Shown: one piece after another, positions 39,620-49,673 of the stretch
Numbering within the stretch: the first letter of the stretch is position 1
Layout of the letters: each line of letters begins with the position of its first letter
Assembly: GCA_963675245.1 (NCBI GenBank)
Contig: OY775910.1
Coordinates: 1,376,001-1,440,000 of the forward strand
Direction: 5' to 3'
Length of the DNA: 64,000 nucleotides
From: Acholeplasmataceae bacterium
Lineage (GTDB): Bacteria > Bacillota_I > Bacilli_A > Acholeplasmatales > Acholeplasmataceae
Made by a program: the position numbers and the translations under genes
Notes under the pieces: generated by a model
What the model saw: only the letters and a program-made list of their open reading frames with translations
The model's database searches: none
Told to the model about the DNA's origin: nothing

Positions 39620-39660
39620 AAAAAAACACTCCTATAAAAGAACTTATAGAGGTGTTTTTT
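39620..39660. terminator. bidirectional terminator closing the operon
   Basis: AAAAAACAC...GTGTTTTTT inverted repeat between convergent genes. Confidence 0.75.
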
Positions 39661-39674
39661 ATATATTAAATCAG

Positions 39675-40340
39675 TTACCGATCCTTTAATAATTTCGAAT
39701 AAATTACTGCAGAACATATACAAGGTGGTTCGCCACAAACGGAACAATGACATCCACTTTCTAAACTTGATTGATACCAGTAGTGTGGAATTTCAAAGTC
39801 TCTTTTAAACCCAGTTTTCATAAGTACACCATGAAGGTTTGTTCCTAATTTTGATTTCCAAGCAATCGTAAAGACGGTTTTTCTTTCTTGGGTTTTGAAA
39901 GTGTTAAGGGCATCTTGTATCAGACTTGTACCAATACCTAAACCCTTAAAATGTTTATTAATCGCGATTGTCTTTATCACACCTAAATCATCAGCGCCAG
40001 ATAAGGGATATGGAATAGCTTCTTGATCAATATTTAGCAATTCGGGGAGTTCTTCATCATCTAATATAAATGAAATACAAAAACCAAGCACTTTATAGGT
40101 TCTCATATCAACAGCAGTTCTACCGATATAACCACTGTTTGGTGTAATGCATTTTGTAAGTAAGTCATGTGTGACGTAATCTTGACCGAGTTGTTTGTCA
40201 GCAATTCTATATATCTCTGAAAAATGTCTACTCGTCATATCAATAATTGTGAATGTATCGACCGTTGGTCTCGTTGCACGTTTATTTAATATTAAGTCTG
40301 TGGCATTTTCTTTTTTATCGATAGGTTTAAAATAGTACAT
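39675..40340 (-). CDS. GNAT-family acetyltransferase with Cys-rich C-terminus
   Basis: KHFKGLGIGTSL acetyl-CoA motif; CHCSVCGEPPCIC; start set to ATG 40340 after GGGAGG. Confidence 0.75.
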   Translation of the reverse strand: MYYFKPIDKKENATDLILNKRATRPTVDTFTIIDMTSRHFSEIYRIADKQLGQDYVTHDLLTKCITPNSGYIGRTAVDMRTYKVLGFCISFILDDEELPELLNIDQEAIPYPLSGADDLGVIKTIAINKHFKGLGIGTSLIQDALNTFKTQERKTVFTIAWKSKLGTNLHGVLMKTGFKRDFEIPHYWYQSSLESGCHCSVCGEPPCICSAVIYSKLLKDR

Positions 40341-40437
40341 AATCATACCTCCCTGAAATGAAAACAACCGATTGTACGGTTGTATTCTTGTTGTAATTAT
40401 AGTATATATGAAAAGTGAATGAATGTAAAATGTTGGA

Positions 40438-41406
40438 TTAAGATTCAAATGGAAACTTCAAACCAATCTGAGATCTAATTTGATCCATCAATTTCATGGT
40501 TTCTAACGTTTTTTGAAGTGGTATGATCTGATTTTCTAACTGTTTGTTCTCAATCGTATGGACGAATGATCTAATTTCATGAACAAATCCTTCACCTTCA
40601 TAAGGAAATTTCATCTTTTTACCATTAATGGTTAGCGATTGACATTCATGAAAATGATTCATGACAACAGTCGCTTTTTCAAATTTAAATGTCGCGTAAT
40701 TCCCTTTAGCACTAGTCATACTATGCTCAATCTTATATGTCGTACCGTTTTCTTCGGAAATATTTATTATACCTTTTTTATCTACACCAGTTCTAGTAAA
40801 AGAAGCCTTAGCTTGTAAGTGAGTGAGTTTTGATTTTTCTAGTAACGATATAAAGCTAACTGGATATATGCCTAAATCTAATAAACTACCACCAGCAAGA
40901 TTAGGATTTAATAAACGTCCATCGGTTGATTTGAAATGAGCAATCGGCAAACAAAATACAAATTTAGCTTTTAGTAAATTACCAAAATGATTTTCTTTTA
41001 TCTTAGAAAGCAAGTAGTTTACAGAAGGTAAAAAATGCGTCCACATCGCTTCCATGAGGAGGACTTTGTTTTTTTCAGCAACTTGTTTCATTTCCATAAA
41101 TTCATCGGCATTAACAGATGCGGGTTTCTCTACTAAAACATGTTTACGATGTTTTAAAAATAAGATAGCATGCTCTTTATGAAAACGATGAGGTGTTGCA
41201 ATATAGACTGCATCAATTTTATCACTTTTTGCCATATCTTCATAACTACCAAATGCATATTTACACTGATAATAAGCCTTATGCGCTTCAGCACTTTCTA
41301 ATGATCTTGCTGAAACTGCTGTGAGTTCAGCATGTGCTACTAATTTAAGATCTCTTGCAAATTTCTTTGCAATACCACCAGCACCGACAATACCAAATCT
41401 AATCAT
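40438..41406 (-). CDS. Gfo/Idh/MocA family oxidoreductase
   Basis: GAGGIA, YIATPH, VEKP, EAMWT, GGSLLDLGIY. Confidence 0.9.
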   Translation of the reverse strand: MIRFGIVGAGGIAKKFARDLKLVAHAELTAVSARSLESAEAHKAYYQCKYAFGSYEDMAKSDKIDAVYIATPHRFHKEHAILFLKHRKHVLVEKPASVNADEFMEMKQVAEKNKVLLMEAMWTHFLPSVNYLLSKIKENHFGNLLKAKFVFCLPIAHFKSTDGRLLNPNLAGGSLLDLGIYPVSFISLLEKSKLTHLQAKASFTRTGVDKKGIINISEENGTTYKIEHSMTSAKGNYATFKFEKATVVMNHFHECQSLTINGKKMKFPYEGEGFVHEIRSFVHTIENKQLENQIIPLQKTLETMKLMDQIRSQIGLKFPFES

Positions 41407-41429
41407 TTAAAACACCACCTTTTATATGT

Positions 41430-42173
41430 CTATTCAAATAATAGTCTCGTAAGATATAAGGATATTTTTTCCTGAATAAGAGATTGTTGAGTTTGTGTTG
41501 TGATGGTTGCTTCACCATCACTAGATTGAGGACCATAAAAACCAAAACCAGCATGATTACCACCATCTATGATGACGATTTCTACTTGATCGTTATAATT
41601 AATCTGACTATTATCAAAGTTTTCTTGATCTAATACTAAATCGTTTGAAGCGGTAATCAGTAAGACGTTTTTATCAGTTAAATCAACCGTTGAATAACTA
41701 CCAAGTAAAATAACTGTACTGATGTCATCATGTTTTGCAGCCACCATACTCGCGACAACACCACCTAAAGAATGACCAACAATGACATTATCCAAATCTT
41801 CATCAATATATCTTGCTGCTTGATTTGGTGATAAAATCGCTAGATTGAATAATGGTTTAACTATGGTGACGTTATTATTTGATAAAGCAAGAATAGAAGC
41901 TAAAAATTTATAACTATCAGGTGACACTAACCCACCTGGGATAATAATTATATGCCTTAATGGTTGATTGTTTGTATAGGTAATTGAAAATGTATTTTCT
42001 TCTATAACGATTTGATCCATATCAAGCATGTCGATATAGTCATACATCTCATCTGATGGTTCATAGGAAAAGCTCGAATAAATCCATAATGAGATCACGA
42101 GTAATGTGACAATAAAAACAAGAGATAAACCAATTTTTATGAAGATGTTTAACTTTTTTTTATGTGCTATCAT
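41430..42173 (-). CDS. membrane-anchored alpha/beta hydrolase
   Basis: PGG oxyanion motif, GHSLGG, GGNHAGFG. Confidence 0.85.
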   Translation of the reverse strand: MIAHKKKLNIFIKIGLSLVFIVTLLVISLWIYSSFSYEPSDEMYDYIDMLDMDQIVIEENTFSITYTNNQPLRHIIIIPGGLVSPDSYKFLASILALSNNNVTIVKPLFNLAILSPNQAARYIDEDLDNVIVGHSLGGVVASMVAAKHDDISTVILLGSYSTVDLTDKNVLLITASNDLVLDQENFDNSQINYNDQVEIVIIDGGNHAGFGFYGPQSSDGEATITTQTQQSLIQEKISLYLTRLLFE

Positions 42174-42319
42174 ATATGACCTTTGAAAGAGTTGTTTTAC
42201 AGTTTAATTATACACAGTAAATCATTTAAAAGCAAAGATACCATATAATGATAAAGATGACGTTATAACGAAGTTATCTGTAAGATTTAAATAGTGGTAT
42301 ACTACAAATAGGAGGCGAT

Positions 42320-43576
42320 ATGATGAAAAATAATTTAGTTTATTACATCATGACCTATATTATGTTTTTGTATCCTCCATTTATCTATTTTATGGTCATG
42401 ATAAATTTTGATGATATTAGTGATCAAAATACTTGGATTATTGGGATTATTGTTAATGTCATCCTTGTTTTAATAACGACATTAATCCTTTATCTTTTGG
42501 CATTAAAGAAAAAAATTCCAAAGATTGAAAGTGATGAAAAAAATCATGTCATTTTTGGTTATATTGGTAATCTGATTGTCTTTTTATATGTATATCAATA
42601 TTTGATGAATATTGAAATGTATGTTTCAGTATTTAGCTTAGTTTTCATTCTTGTATTAGCATATAAATATTTAATATCAAAAAAGGTTTCTTTCAAAGAA
42701 ATTTTAATATTTAGTATTGTATTTGGTGTGATTGACTACATTGTTATTATCTTTTCTGGTAATACGTTATTTAATGAATATGTACCATTTACTGATGCAC
42801 AATCTATTACCTTTCAAATATTTTTGTTAGGTGCTTTATTATTTACCATCGGTTGGTATGGATTAAAATTATATAGAAACCATCACTGGAATGTGCTTAG
42901 ATATGTGTTGTTAGGCTTTATTGTCGCATCCATATTCACATTTTATGCTGATATGCAGGAAGAAGTTATCGCAACCATAGCTATTATTTCCGTTTTTACG
43001 TGGCTCATTGATATTATCTTAAGATTGATTCATAAAGAATTTAAAGTTACGGATCTTGTATTTTATGCAAGATTGATTATGTTAGTAGTTGTTATTTTAA
43101 TGATTAAAGTTCTAGATCTTTATGAATTCCCAAATTTTGATATTGAAATGATGTTTTTATTAATTTCTATATTCTATGTCACTGCTTTTTCTGATATCAT
43201 TATGAACATCACACCAAAGAAGCAAGAAGCTATTAATCTTAACTTAACAGTCACTGAATACATTAAACAACTTTATAATCCAGTTACATCCAGATATAAA
43301 GATGTCTTAGTCTTTACAAAATGTGACATGTTAGATCTTGATCTAAGTAAATTGGGACGTAATATTATTCTCAAACATGATATGAATGACATTGAGCAAT
43401 TTGAAAAGAATTCATTATCATTTGTCATTGTCTATGAAGATGAACTAAAAGATATTGAACGCATTAGGAATCAATTTGGTAACTTAAATATATGTGTGAT
43501 CAGTGCTAAAAATTTAACCAACCCATTATTTAAATCAAGTTATACTGATTATCAAAACTATATATATACACTTTAA
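42320..43576 (+). CDS. hypothetical multi-pass membrane protein
   Basis: Long ORF with AGGAGG RBS; about 10 hydrophobic segments plus soluble C-terminus. Confidence 0.7.
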   Translation: MMKNNLVYYIMTYIMFLYPPFIYFMVMINFDDISDQNTWIIGIIVNVILVLITTLILYLLALKKKIPKIESDEKNHVIFGYIGNLIVFLYVYQYLMNIEMYVSVFSLVFILVLAYKYLISKKVSFKEILIFSIVFGVIDYIVIIFSGNTLFNEYVPFTDAQSITFQIFLLGALLFTIGWYGLKLYRNHHWNVLRYVLLGFIVASIFTFYADMQEEVIATIAIISVFTWLIDIILRLIHKEFKVTDLVFYARLIMLVVVILMIKVLDLYEFPNFDIEMMFLLISIFYVTAFSDIIMNITPKKQEAINLNLTVTEYIKQLYNPVTSRYKDVLVFTKCDMLDLDLSKLGRNIILKHDMNDIEQFEKNSLSFVIVYEDELKDIERIRNQFGNLNICVISAKNLTNPLFKSSYTDYQNYIYTL

Positions 43577-43635
43577 ACCGTATGCATTCAAGAATGATCC
43601 TTATATAGTTACAAAAATATAAAGGTGGATAAACG

Positions 43636-44613
43636 ATGAAAGTAATGTATTGTCAGAAGTATGGTGGACCTGAGGTATACCAATTAAAAGAATTGGATAA
43701 ACCCACACCGAGAGAAGATGAACTTCTAGTGAAAGTTTATCGAGCGATAGTATCTCCAACAGATGCTAATTTTAGAAGTGGAAGTCCTTTTATTGCACGT
43801 TTATTTAGCGGACTGTTTTCACCGAAAAAGAAAGTTCATGGTGAAATGTTTGCCGGTATCGTTCATGGTATTGGTGAATCGATAAAAGATTTTAAAGTGG
43901 GTGATATCGTTTATGGAACAAATGGTATGGCACTTGGTGCTTATGCAGACTATCTGACTGTTAATATTAAAGAAGCAATTAAGAAAGTTCCAAAAGATTT
44001 AAATTATAAAGAGGTTTTACCATTACTTGATGGCGGAATTACTGCTTTACCTTTCTTAAAAGAATTAGGAAAAGTAAAAGAAGGAGATCATGTATTGGTT
44101 AATGGAGCAAGTGGTGCTGTGGGGAGTATGGGCGTGATGATAGCGAAACACTTAGGCGCAACAGTGACAGGTGTATGCAGCACGAAAAATGTTGATTTAG
44201 TTAAATCATTAGGTGCAGATCATGTTATTGACTACAAACAAGAGGACTTTACAAAACAAGAAAACACTTATGATCTTATATTTGATGCCGTTGGAAAATC
44301 TAATTTCTCTATTTGCAAGAAATCATTAATAGAACATGGCATGTATATCACTACAGTTCCAACACTTGGCGTCATGTGGCAAGCTATGACAAAAAAGAAT
44401 TCGAACAAGAAAAAGACAAGCTTTATGGCTGCTGGTCTTAGAAAACCAGATGTTAAAATTAGAGATCTTGAGTATCTAGAAGAACTCGTAAGACAAAAAG
44501 AAATAAAGGCACTACATAGCCAAGTCTTTCCATTTGAGAAGCTTGGTGAAGCACAAGCTTATGTTGAGACTGGTCATAAGGTAGGCAATGTCACTTTAAG
44601 TGTTAACGAATAA
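43636..44613 (+). CDS. NAD(P)-dependent MDR-family (quinone oxidoreductase-like) dehydrogenase
   Basis: YGGPEV, NGASGAVG, LGADHVIDY, FDAVG, GHKVGNV. Confidence 0.85.
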   Translation: MKVMYCQKYGGPEVYQLKELDKPTPREDELLVKVYRAIVSPTDANFRSGSPFIARLFSGLFSPKKKVHGEMFAGIVHGIGESIKDFKVGDIVYGTNGMALGAYADYLTVNIKEAIKKVPKDLNYKEVLPLLDGGITALPFLKELGKVKEGDHVLVNGASGAVGSMGVMIAKHLGATVTGVCSTKNVDLVKSLGADHVIDYKQEDFTKQENTYDLIFDAVGKSNFSICKKSLIEHGMYITTVPTLGVMWQAMTKKNSNKKKTSFMAAGLRKPDVKIRDLEYLEELVRQKEIKALHSQVFPFEKLGEAQAYVETGHKVGNVTLSVNE

Positions 44614-44616
44614 AAT

Positions 44617-44648
44617 AAAGGAATGAGCATCGTTGCTCATTCCTTTTT
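44617..44648. terminator. bidirectional terminator
   Basis: AAAGGAATGAGCA / TGCTCATTCCTTT perfect stem between convergent genes. Confidence 0.85.
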
Positions 44649-44733
44649 AATGCGATTCATGTTATTGTTAAACTTTGAGTAATAGAGTTATTTGTATATT
44701 TAGGAATGCCAAACCACTCATTTAAGCCATCAA

Positions 44734-45831
44734 TTACTCATAAACTGTTTTATTACGACCACTTGCTTTTGCTTTATACAAGTTCGTATCAGCTCGAAAG
44801 ATAATATCTTTAACATCATCATTAGGTGAAATGTTGGTCACACCAATACTAATTGTAGCAACATGCTTTTCTTTAGCGGTTATTTCTGAAACTCTTTTTC
44901 TTAATCTTTCAGCAAGATCAAATGTTGATTTTTCACTAAAAAACTTAGTTAAAACAATGAATTCTTCACCACCATACCTACCAATTACATCATTATTAGG
45001 TAATGAATTTTTAATAGTATCAGCGATTTTCTTTAAAATATCGTCACCATATTGATGTCCCCAGGTATCATTAATTGTTTTAAAGTGATCAACATCAATC
45101 ATCATTAAAGAGATTTTTTCATCGGTCTTTTTAATTAAATTTAGTTTGTCTTCCAAAACACCAAAAAAAGTTTGACGTTGATAAACACCAGTTAAATGAT
45201 CTATAGATGATAATTCTTCCAATAACGTATTCTTGACTTCTAAACTCTTAACTAAATTAATATTTTGATCTCTCTCATATATATAACGATTAAGAGTAAG
45301 ATGACTTACGATGACAAGACTGATACCAGCTGCCAATACACCGAAAATATTATCAATCAAGACTGAGCTTTCATCTGTATAAGTAATAACCAAATTAGGA
45401 TAATGAAAAGAAAGAATCATGATAGAAGTATAAATAGTAGATAGTAAGATGGTTGTAAATATAGTACTTTTCATTGATTCAGTATATAAGGCAAAATAAG
45501 CAATAATCATTACGAAATATAGAGGAGAAGCACCGTTATAACCACCGTTAATAAAATAATTGAAGGGTATATATAACAAAGCAAATAAATAAATAATAAC
45601 TAACGCAAACTTTTCAATTTTTTCAGGTAATAGTGATATGAAAATTATACACATTAGCATGATAACGAGATTTGGTATATTCATCCAAAAAGGAATGTCA
45701 AAGAAAAAATTCATGACAAATGCTAACGAAGACATCAGAAGTCCAGTCAGAATATAAATAACCGCCAGTTTTTGTCGGTAACTTAACTCGCGATAATTAA
45801 ATATTGGTAATGATTTTAATGATTTCATCAA
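44734..45831 (-). CDS. membrane-bound diguanylate cyclase (intact GGEEF)
   Basis: About 6 TMs; DHLTG, DVDHFKTINDTWGHQYGD, RYGGEEF, TISIG, AKASGRN. Confidence 0.9.
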   Translation of the reverse strand: MMKSLKSLPIFNYRELSYRQKLAVIYILTGLLMSSLAFVMNFFFDIPFWMNIPNLVIMLMCIIFISLLPEKIEKFALVIIYLFALLYIPFNYFINGGYNGASPLYFVMIIAYFALYTESMKSTIFTTILLSTIYTSIMILSFHYPNLVITYTDESSVLIDNIFGVLAAGISLVIVSHLTLNRYIYERDQNINLVKSLEVKNTLLEELSSIDHLTGVYQRQTFFGVLEDKLNLIKKTDEKISLMMIDVDHFKTINDTWGHQYGDDILKKIADTIKNSLPNNDVIGRYGGEEFIVLTKFFSEKSTFDLAERLRKRVSEITAKEKHVATISIGVTNISPNDDVKDIIFRADTNLYKAKASGRNKTVYE

Positions 45832-46038
45832 CTACCTCCATAAATATGCAAGATTCTCATGTATGTATTTACTTTGATATTAGAATTATATATGTAATTC
45901 AGATGAAACACAAGTAAATCTATCAACGCCTATTCAATTAAATCAAAAGATTCGTTACGAATTCCATAAAAAAATACCCAGTTATTTGGGTATTAGTTCA
46001 TAATCACTTCTAGAGTAAAAGTGAACTTTGAGTTTATT

Positions 46039-46381
46039 TGGTGGAGATGAGGGGATTTGAACCCCTGTGCAAGACACTTCCTAAAATACTTTCTACATGT
46101 TTAGTCCGTTTCTGTATTCACCTAGCAACTTAAACGAACAAAGCTTTACTAGACTAGCCTATTTAGTTCTTCATTGAGCCTAGGCTACTCAATGGGATAG
46201 CTTGCTAAGTGTTAGGCTTAAATAGCATCACAAGCAAATGCTAAATCAGCTCGCTAGTCCTTTTCTTAGGCAGCGTAAGTTAATTGAGTGTTTCCGGTTA
46301 TTAAAACCTCGGCTTTTTTACATGAGCAACCATGACATGCTTATATTTAATTTCATGCCGTGACGAATCCAGAACATCCCC
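46039..46381 (-). ncRNA. ssrA: tmRNA, tag (A)GNTQLTYAA
   Basis: 5' GGGGATGTTCTGGATTCG; 3' GGGGTTCAAATCCCCTCATCTCCACCA with G3.U70; ATAACC-GGA resume context, then AAC ACT CAA TTA ACT TAC GCT GCC TAA. Confidence 0.93.
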
Positions 46382-46701
46382 AGCGAACATATCATACATC
46401 AAAAGAAATGAAATGTAAAGATATGTTCTTGATTAAGTGGTAAAATAATTGAATATGCTGTTAAAATGCAATGAATTAGTAATAAAATAGCAAATCGGAC
46501 ATAAACGCCCTACTAAAAATGCTTTAAATATCATATGATAATTAAGTGGGGGGATGTCCGGGGGGATATTTCGGTATCCACGCATTCTCCAATATTATGT
46601 GTGATACCAGAGGCATTGCTCGCAATGTCTCTTTTTGTTTTTGATAGATTGATATACCATATAATGGTATAATAAATTAAACTAACAAGGAGTGTGTATA
46701 T

Positions 46702-47355
46702 ATGTTAAAATCGATCATCTTTGATATGGATGGCACAATACTCGATACAATTCAAGATCTTACGACAAGTGTTAATTTTGCACTTAAAAAATATGATCTA
46801 CCTTTAAAATCAATATCTGAGGTGAAATTGGCAGTAGGTAGTGGGGCAAAAGAACTCATCAGACGTGTTATAAAAAATGGTTATGATAACCCTATGTTTG
46901 AGGAGATTTATCAGACCTATCAAACGTATTATGATGCACATCGTATGGTTAAAACTGCACCTTATCCCGATATATTGGCACTTTTACGTCAATTGAAGTA
47001 TGATGGGTATAAGCTAGCAGTAGTTTCTAATAAACATGATTATTTAGTAAAAACACTAAATGACCAGCTATTTGAAGGATTATTTGAAGTTGCTGTAGGT
47101 GAAACCAAGGAAAGACCACTTAAACCAGCTCCAGATGTGATATATGATGTATTAAATATGTTGAATATCACAGTTGAAGAAGCTGTTTTTGTTGGCGATT
47201 CTAATGTCGATATTATTACAGCAAAGAACGCCGGTATGACATCAATTGGTGTCACCTGGGGTTTTAGAGGATATGAAGAACTTAAAGATGAAGGGGCTAC
47301 CTATATTATCGATAAACCACTTCAATTGCTAGATACAATAAAGGAGATTAAATAG
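46702..47355 (+). CDS. HAD-family phosphatase (Gph-like)
   Basis: FDMDGT, VSNK, KPAPD, VGDSNVD, GVTWGF. Confidence 0.88.
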   Translation: MLKSIIFDMDGTILDTIQDLTTSVNFALKKYDLPLKSISEVKLAVGSGAKELIRRVIKNGYDNPMFEEIYQTYQTYYDAHRMVKTAPYPDILALLRQLKYDGYKLAVVSNKHDYLVKTLNDQLFEGLFEVAVGETKERPLKPAPDVIYDVLNMLNITVEEAVFVGDSNVDIITAKNAGMTSIGVTWGFRGYEELKDEGATYIIDKPLQLLDTIKEIK

Positions 47356-47356
47356 T

Positions 47357-49672
47357 ATGTCACTGATTAAATTAGAGAATATAGCAAAGTACTATAAATC
47401 AGCAGAAACTGTTTCAGTTGGTATGAAACATGTCAGTCTCAATTTTGATATTGGTGAATTTGTCGCGATCACTGGTGAATCTGGTGCAGGGAAATCTACC
47501 TTATTAAATGTTTTATCAGGACTTGATAAATATGAGGAAGGCGAATATTTTCTTAATGGCGAAGAAACGTCACATTTTACCATTCGTGATTGGGAGAAAT
47601 TTAGAGGTGCGTACATCGGCTTTGTCTTCCAGGATTACAATATCATTGATAGTTATACGGTATTACAAAACGTTTTATTAGCCTTAGAAGTACAGGGTTA
47701 TGATCCTAAAACAAGGAAACAAAGAGCGTTAGAATTAATTGATCGTGTTGGATTGACGAGCCACAAGAGTCATAAAGCTTCTAAACTTTCTGGTGGTCAG
47801 AAACAACGATGTGTGATTGCGAGAGCACTTGCAAAAGACTGTCCGATTATTGTTGCTGATGAACCAACTGGTAACCTTGATTCAAAATCGGGAGAACAAA
47901 TTATCAATTTACTTCATGAGGTATCAAAAGATAAATTAGTGATTATTGTAACGCATGATTATAATCACGTCGAACAATATGTCACAAGAAAAATTTTGAT
48001 GCATGATGGCGAAGTAGTTGAAGATAAAAAAATTAAATCAACAGAAATCTTAAAAGCCAAAGAGGTACCTCATATTAGAAATATGAATGTCCTCATGTTA
48101 TTAAAGTTCGCTTTTAGAAATTTATTCTCAACACCCAAAAAACTTATATTTATAATGTTAATGCAAATCATCGTGGTGGCTGTGTTTACAGTTGTCTATA
48201 CCAATCAGATTAGTCAAATCAGAGAAACTGGTCTTGATTCAAGTTATACCCAGATTTATCCGTCAGTACCGGAAACAAGATTAGTTGTTGAAAAACGTGA
48301 TGGTACGCCTTTTACAGACGCAGAAATAACATCTATTAATCGTAATCGATATGTGAATAATGTTTATGAATATGGATTAAATTTCTTTAATGAACGTACG
48401 ATTTATTATGGCATAACGGAATATGAATATACATATTATAGAGAATTAGGAGATACAGATACATCCAAAACGTTGATTCAAAGTGATGTTGATGGTAATC
48501 TTCCAGTTGAAATGAACGAAGTAGTTCTTACGAATTATCGATATTATGACTTCCAAATTGGTCAAACCATTGAATTATTTGCAGGTCCAAACAACTATTT
48601 TGGTCCTTTTGGTAATGACGTTGATGTCTATTATGGTAACAACTCATTTAGTTATGAATCAATTGGTGAATTTGAAATTGTTGGATTTGATAACTTAAGT
48701 AGAGATGTGATATATTTTTCAGAAGCATTTTTAACACAAAACTATTATGATGACGCATATTTAGATAACGATCCACTCATTAATCCATATATTGATCAAA
48801 GTGCCTATAGTAGATTGTTTCAAACGATCTACGATAGTATGGAGATTACAGTTGATGATGTAACATTCAGTTATTTTTCAACTGATGTGAATAATACATA
48901 TGATGTGGTTATTAATTCATATGAAGATACGACCGAAACCGTCATGGAACACAATGATTTTACATTCTCATTCATGGATCCAACATATGGAATGTATACG
49001 ACATCACTGACTAATTTATCAGTTTATCGTAGAGGACCCTTATCGTTTAATTCATATATAACGATTGATGAAGAGATTATGCATTCTGTCATGAATGAGA
49101 TGATGACTCATTTTGAAGAATTCTATACATTGGAAGTTCCAAAATCAGTTGTATCAGTTAGTGTCGATGGTTATCATAATGGTACAAGATTTATCGAAAC
49201 CATTGATCAATCCGTTTATAAAGTCTATTATCCAGCTAATTTAGCTGATCCGATGCGTGATTTTCTTGTTTTCTTGTATAGCGTATTGGCTATTTTCTTC
49301 TTGGGTATATTTGGTATGTTCTTATATTCTATCGTACATGCGGTCACCAAAAATGTTATGGCAGCTAGAAAGCGAGATTTCGCTATTTTCAGATCGGTAG
49401 GAACAAGTGAAACGACATTAGGAAGACTAGTTGTTCTAGAACAGATCATCATGAATGTTGTAGCGTTTGTGATTGTTGTAGTAGGTATTCAAATATTAAG
49501 AGCAAACGTATCACTAATCAGAGCAGAATTATCTTACATGGAATTACAAGATTATATTATATTACTTGTTGCCTTTGCATTATTCGGTGCATGGTTAGGC
49601 TTAAGATTTAATAAGAAGGTCTTTAAACAAACCGTTATCGAGTCATTAACATCAAGTAAGGGTGGTGAGTAG
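47357..49672 (+). CDS. ABC transporter ATP-binding/permease fusion (MacB/FtsX-like)
   Basis: [25 protein letters not shown]; extracellular domain; C-terminal FtsX-like TMs. Confidence 0.88.
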   Translation: MSLIKLENIAKYYKSAETVSVGMKHVSLNFDIGEFVAITGESGAGKSTLLNVLSGLDKYEEGEYFLNGEETSHFTIRDWEKFRGAYIGFVFQDYNIIDSYTVLQNVLLALEVQGYDPKTRKQRALELIDRVGLTSHKSHKASKLSGGQKQRCVIARALAKDCPIIVADEPTGNLDSKSGEQIINLLHEVSKDKLVIIVTHDYNHVEQYVTRKILMHDGEVVEDKKIKSTEILKAKEVPHIRNMNVLMLLKFAFRNLFSTPKKLIFIMLMQIIVVAVFTVVYTNQISQIRETGLDSSYTQIYPSVPETRLVVEKRDGTPFTDAEITSINRNRYVNNVYEYGLNFFNERTIYYGITEYEYTYYRELGDTDTSKTLIQSDVDGNLPVEMNEVVLTNYRYYDFQIGQTIELFAGPNNYFGPFGNDVDVYYGNNSFSYESIGEFEIVGFDNLSRDVIYFSEAFLTQNYYDDAYLDNDPLINPYIDQSAYSRLFQTIYDSMEITVDDVTFSYFSTDVNNTYDVVINSYEDTTETVMEHNDFTFSFMDPTYGMYTTSLTNLSVYRRGPLSFNSYITIDEEIMHSVMNEMMTHFEEFYTLEVPKSVVSVSVDGYHNGTRFIETIDQSVYKVYYPANLADPMRDFLVFLYSVLAIFFLGIFGMFLYSIVHAVTKNVMAARKRDFAIFRSVGTSETTLGRLVVLEQIIMNVVAFVIVVVGIQILRANVSLIRAELSYMELQDYIILLVAFALFGAWLGLRFNKKVFKQTVIESLTSSKGGE

Positions 49673-49673
49673 A

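Noticed and set aside
40341..40448. Longer start for the GNAT gene given by the ORF track
   Set aside because: Overlaps the upstream gene and intergenic DNA; GGGAGG RBS supports ATG 40340
39675..46038. Possible genomic island integrated at the tmRNA 3' end
   Set aside because: Genes are mixed-orientation and partly AT-rich, but I found no integrase and no duplicated tmRNA 3' end
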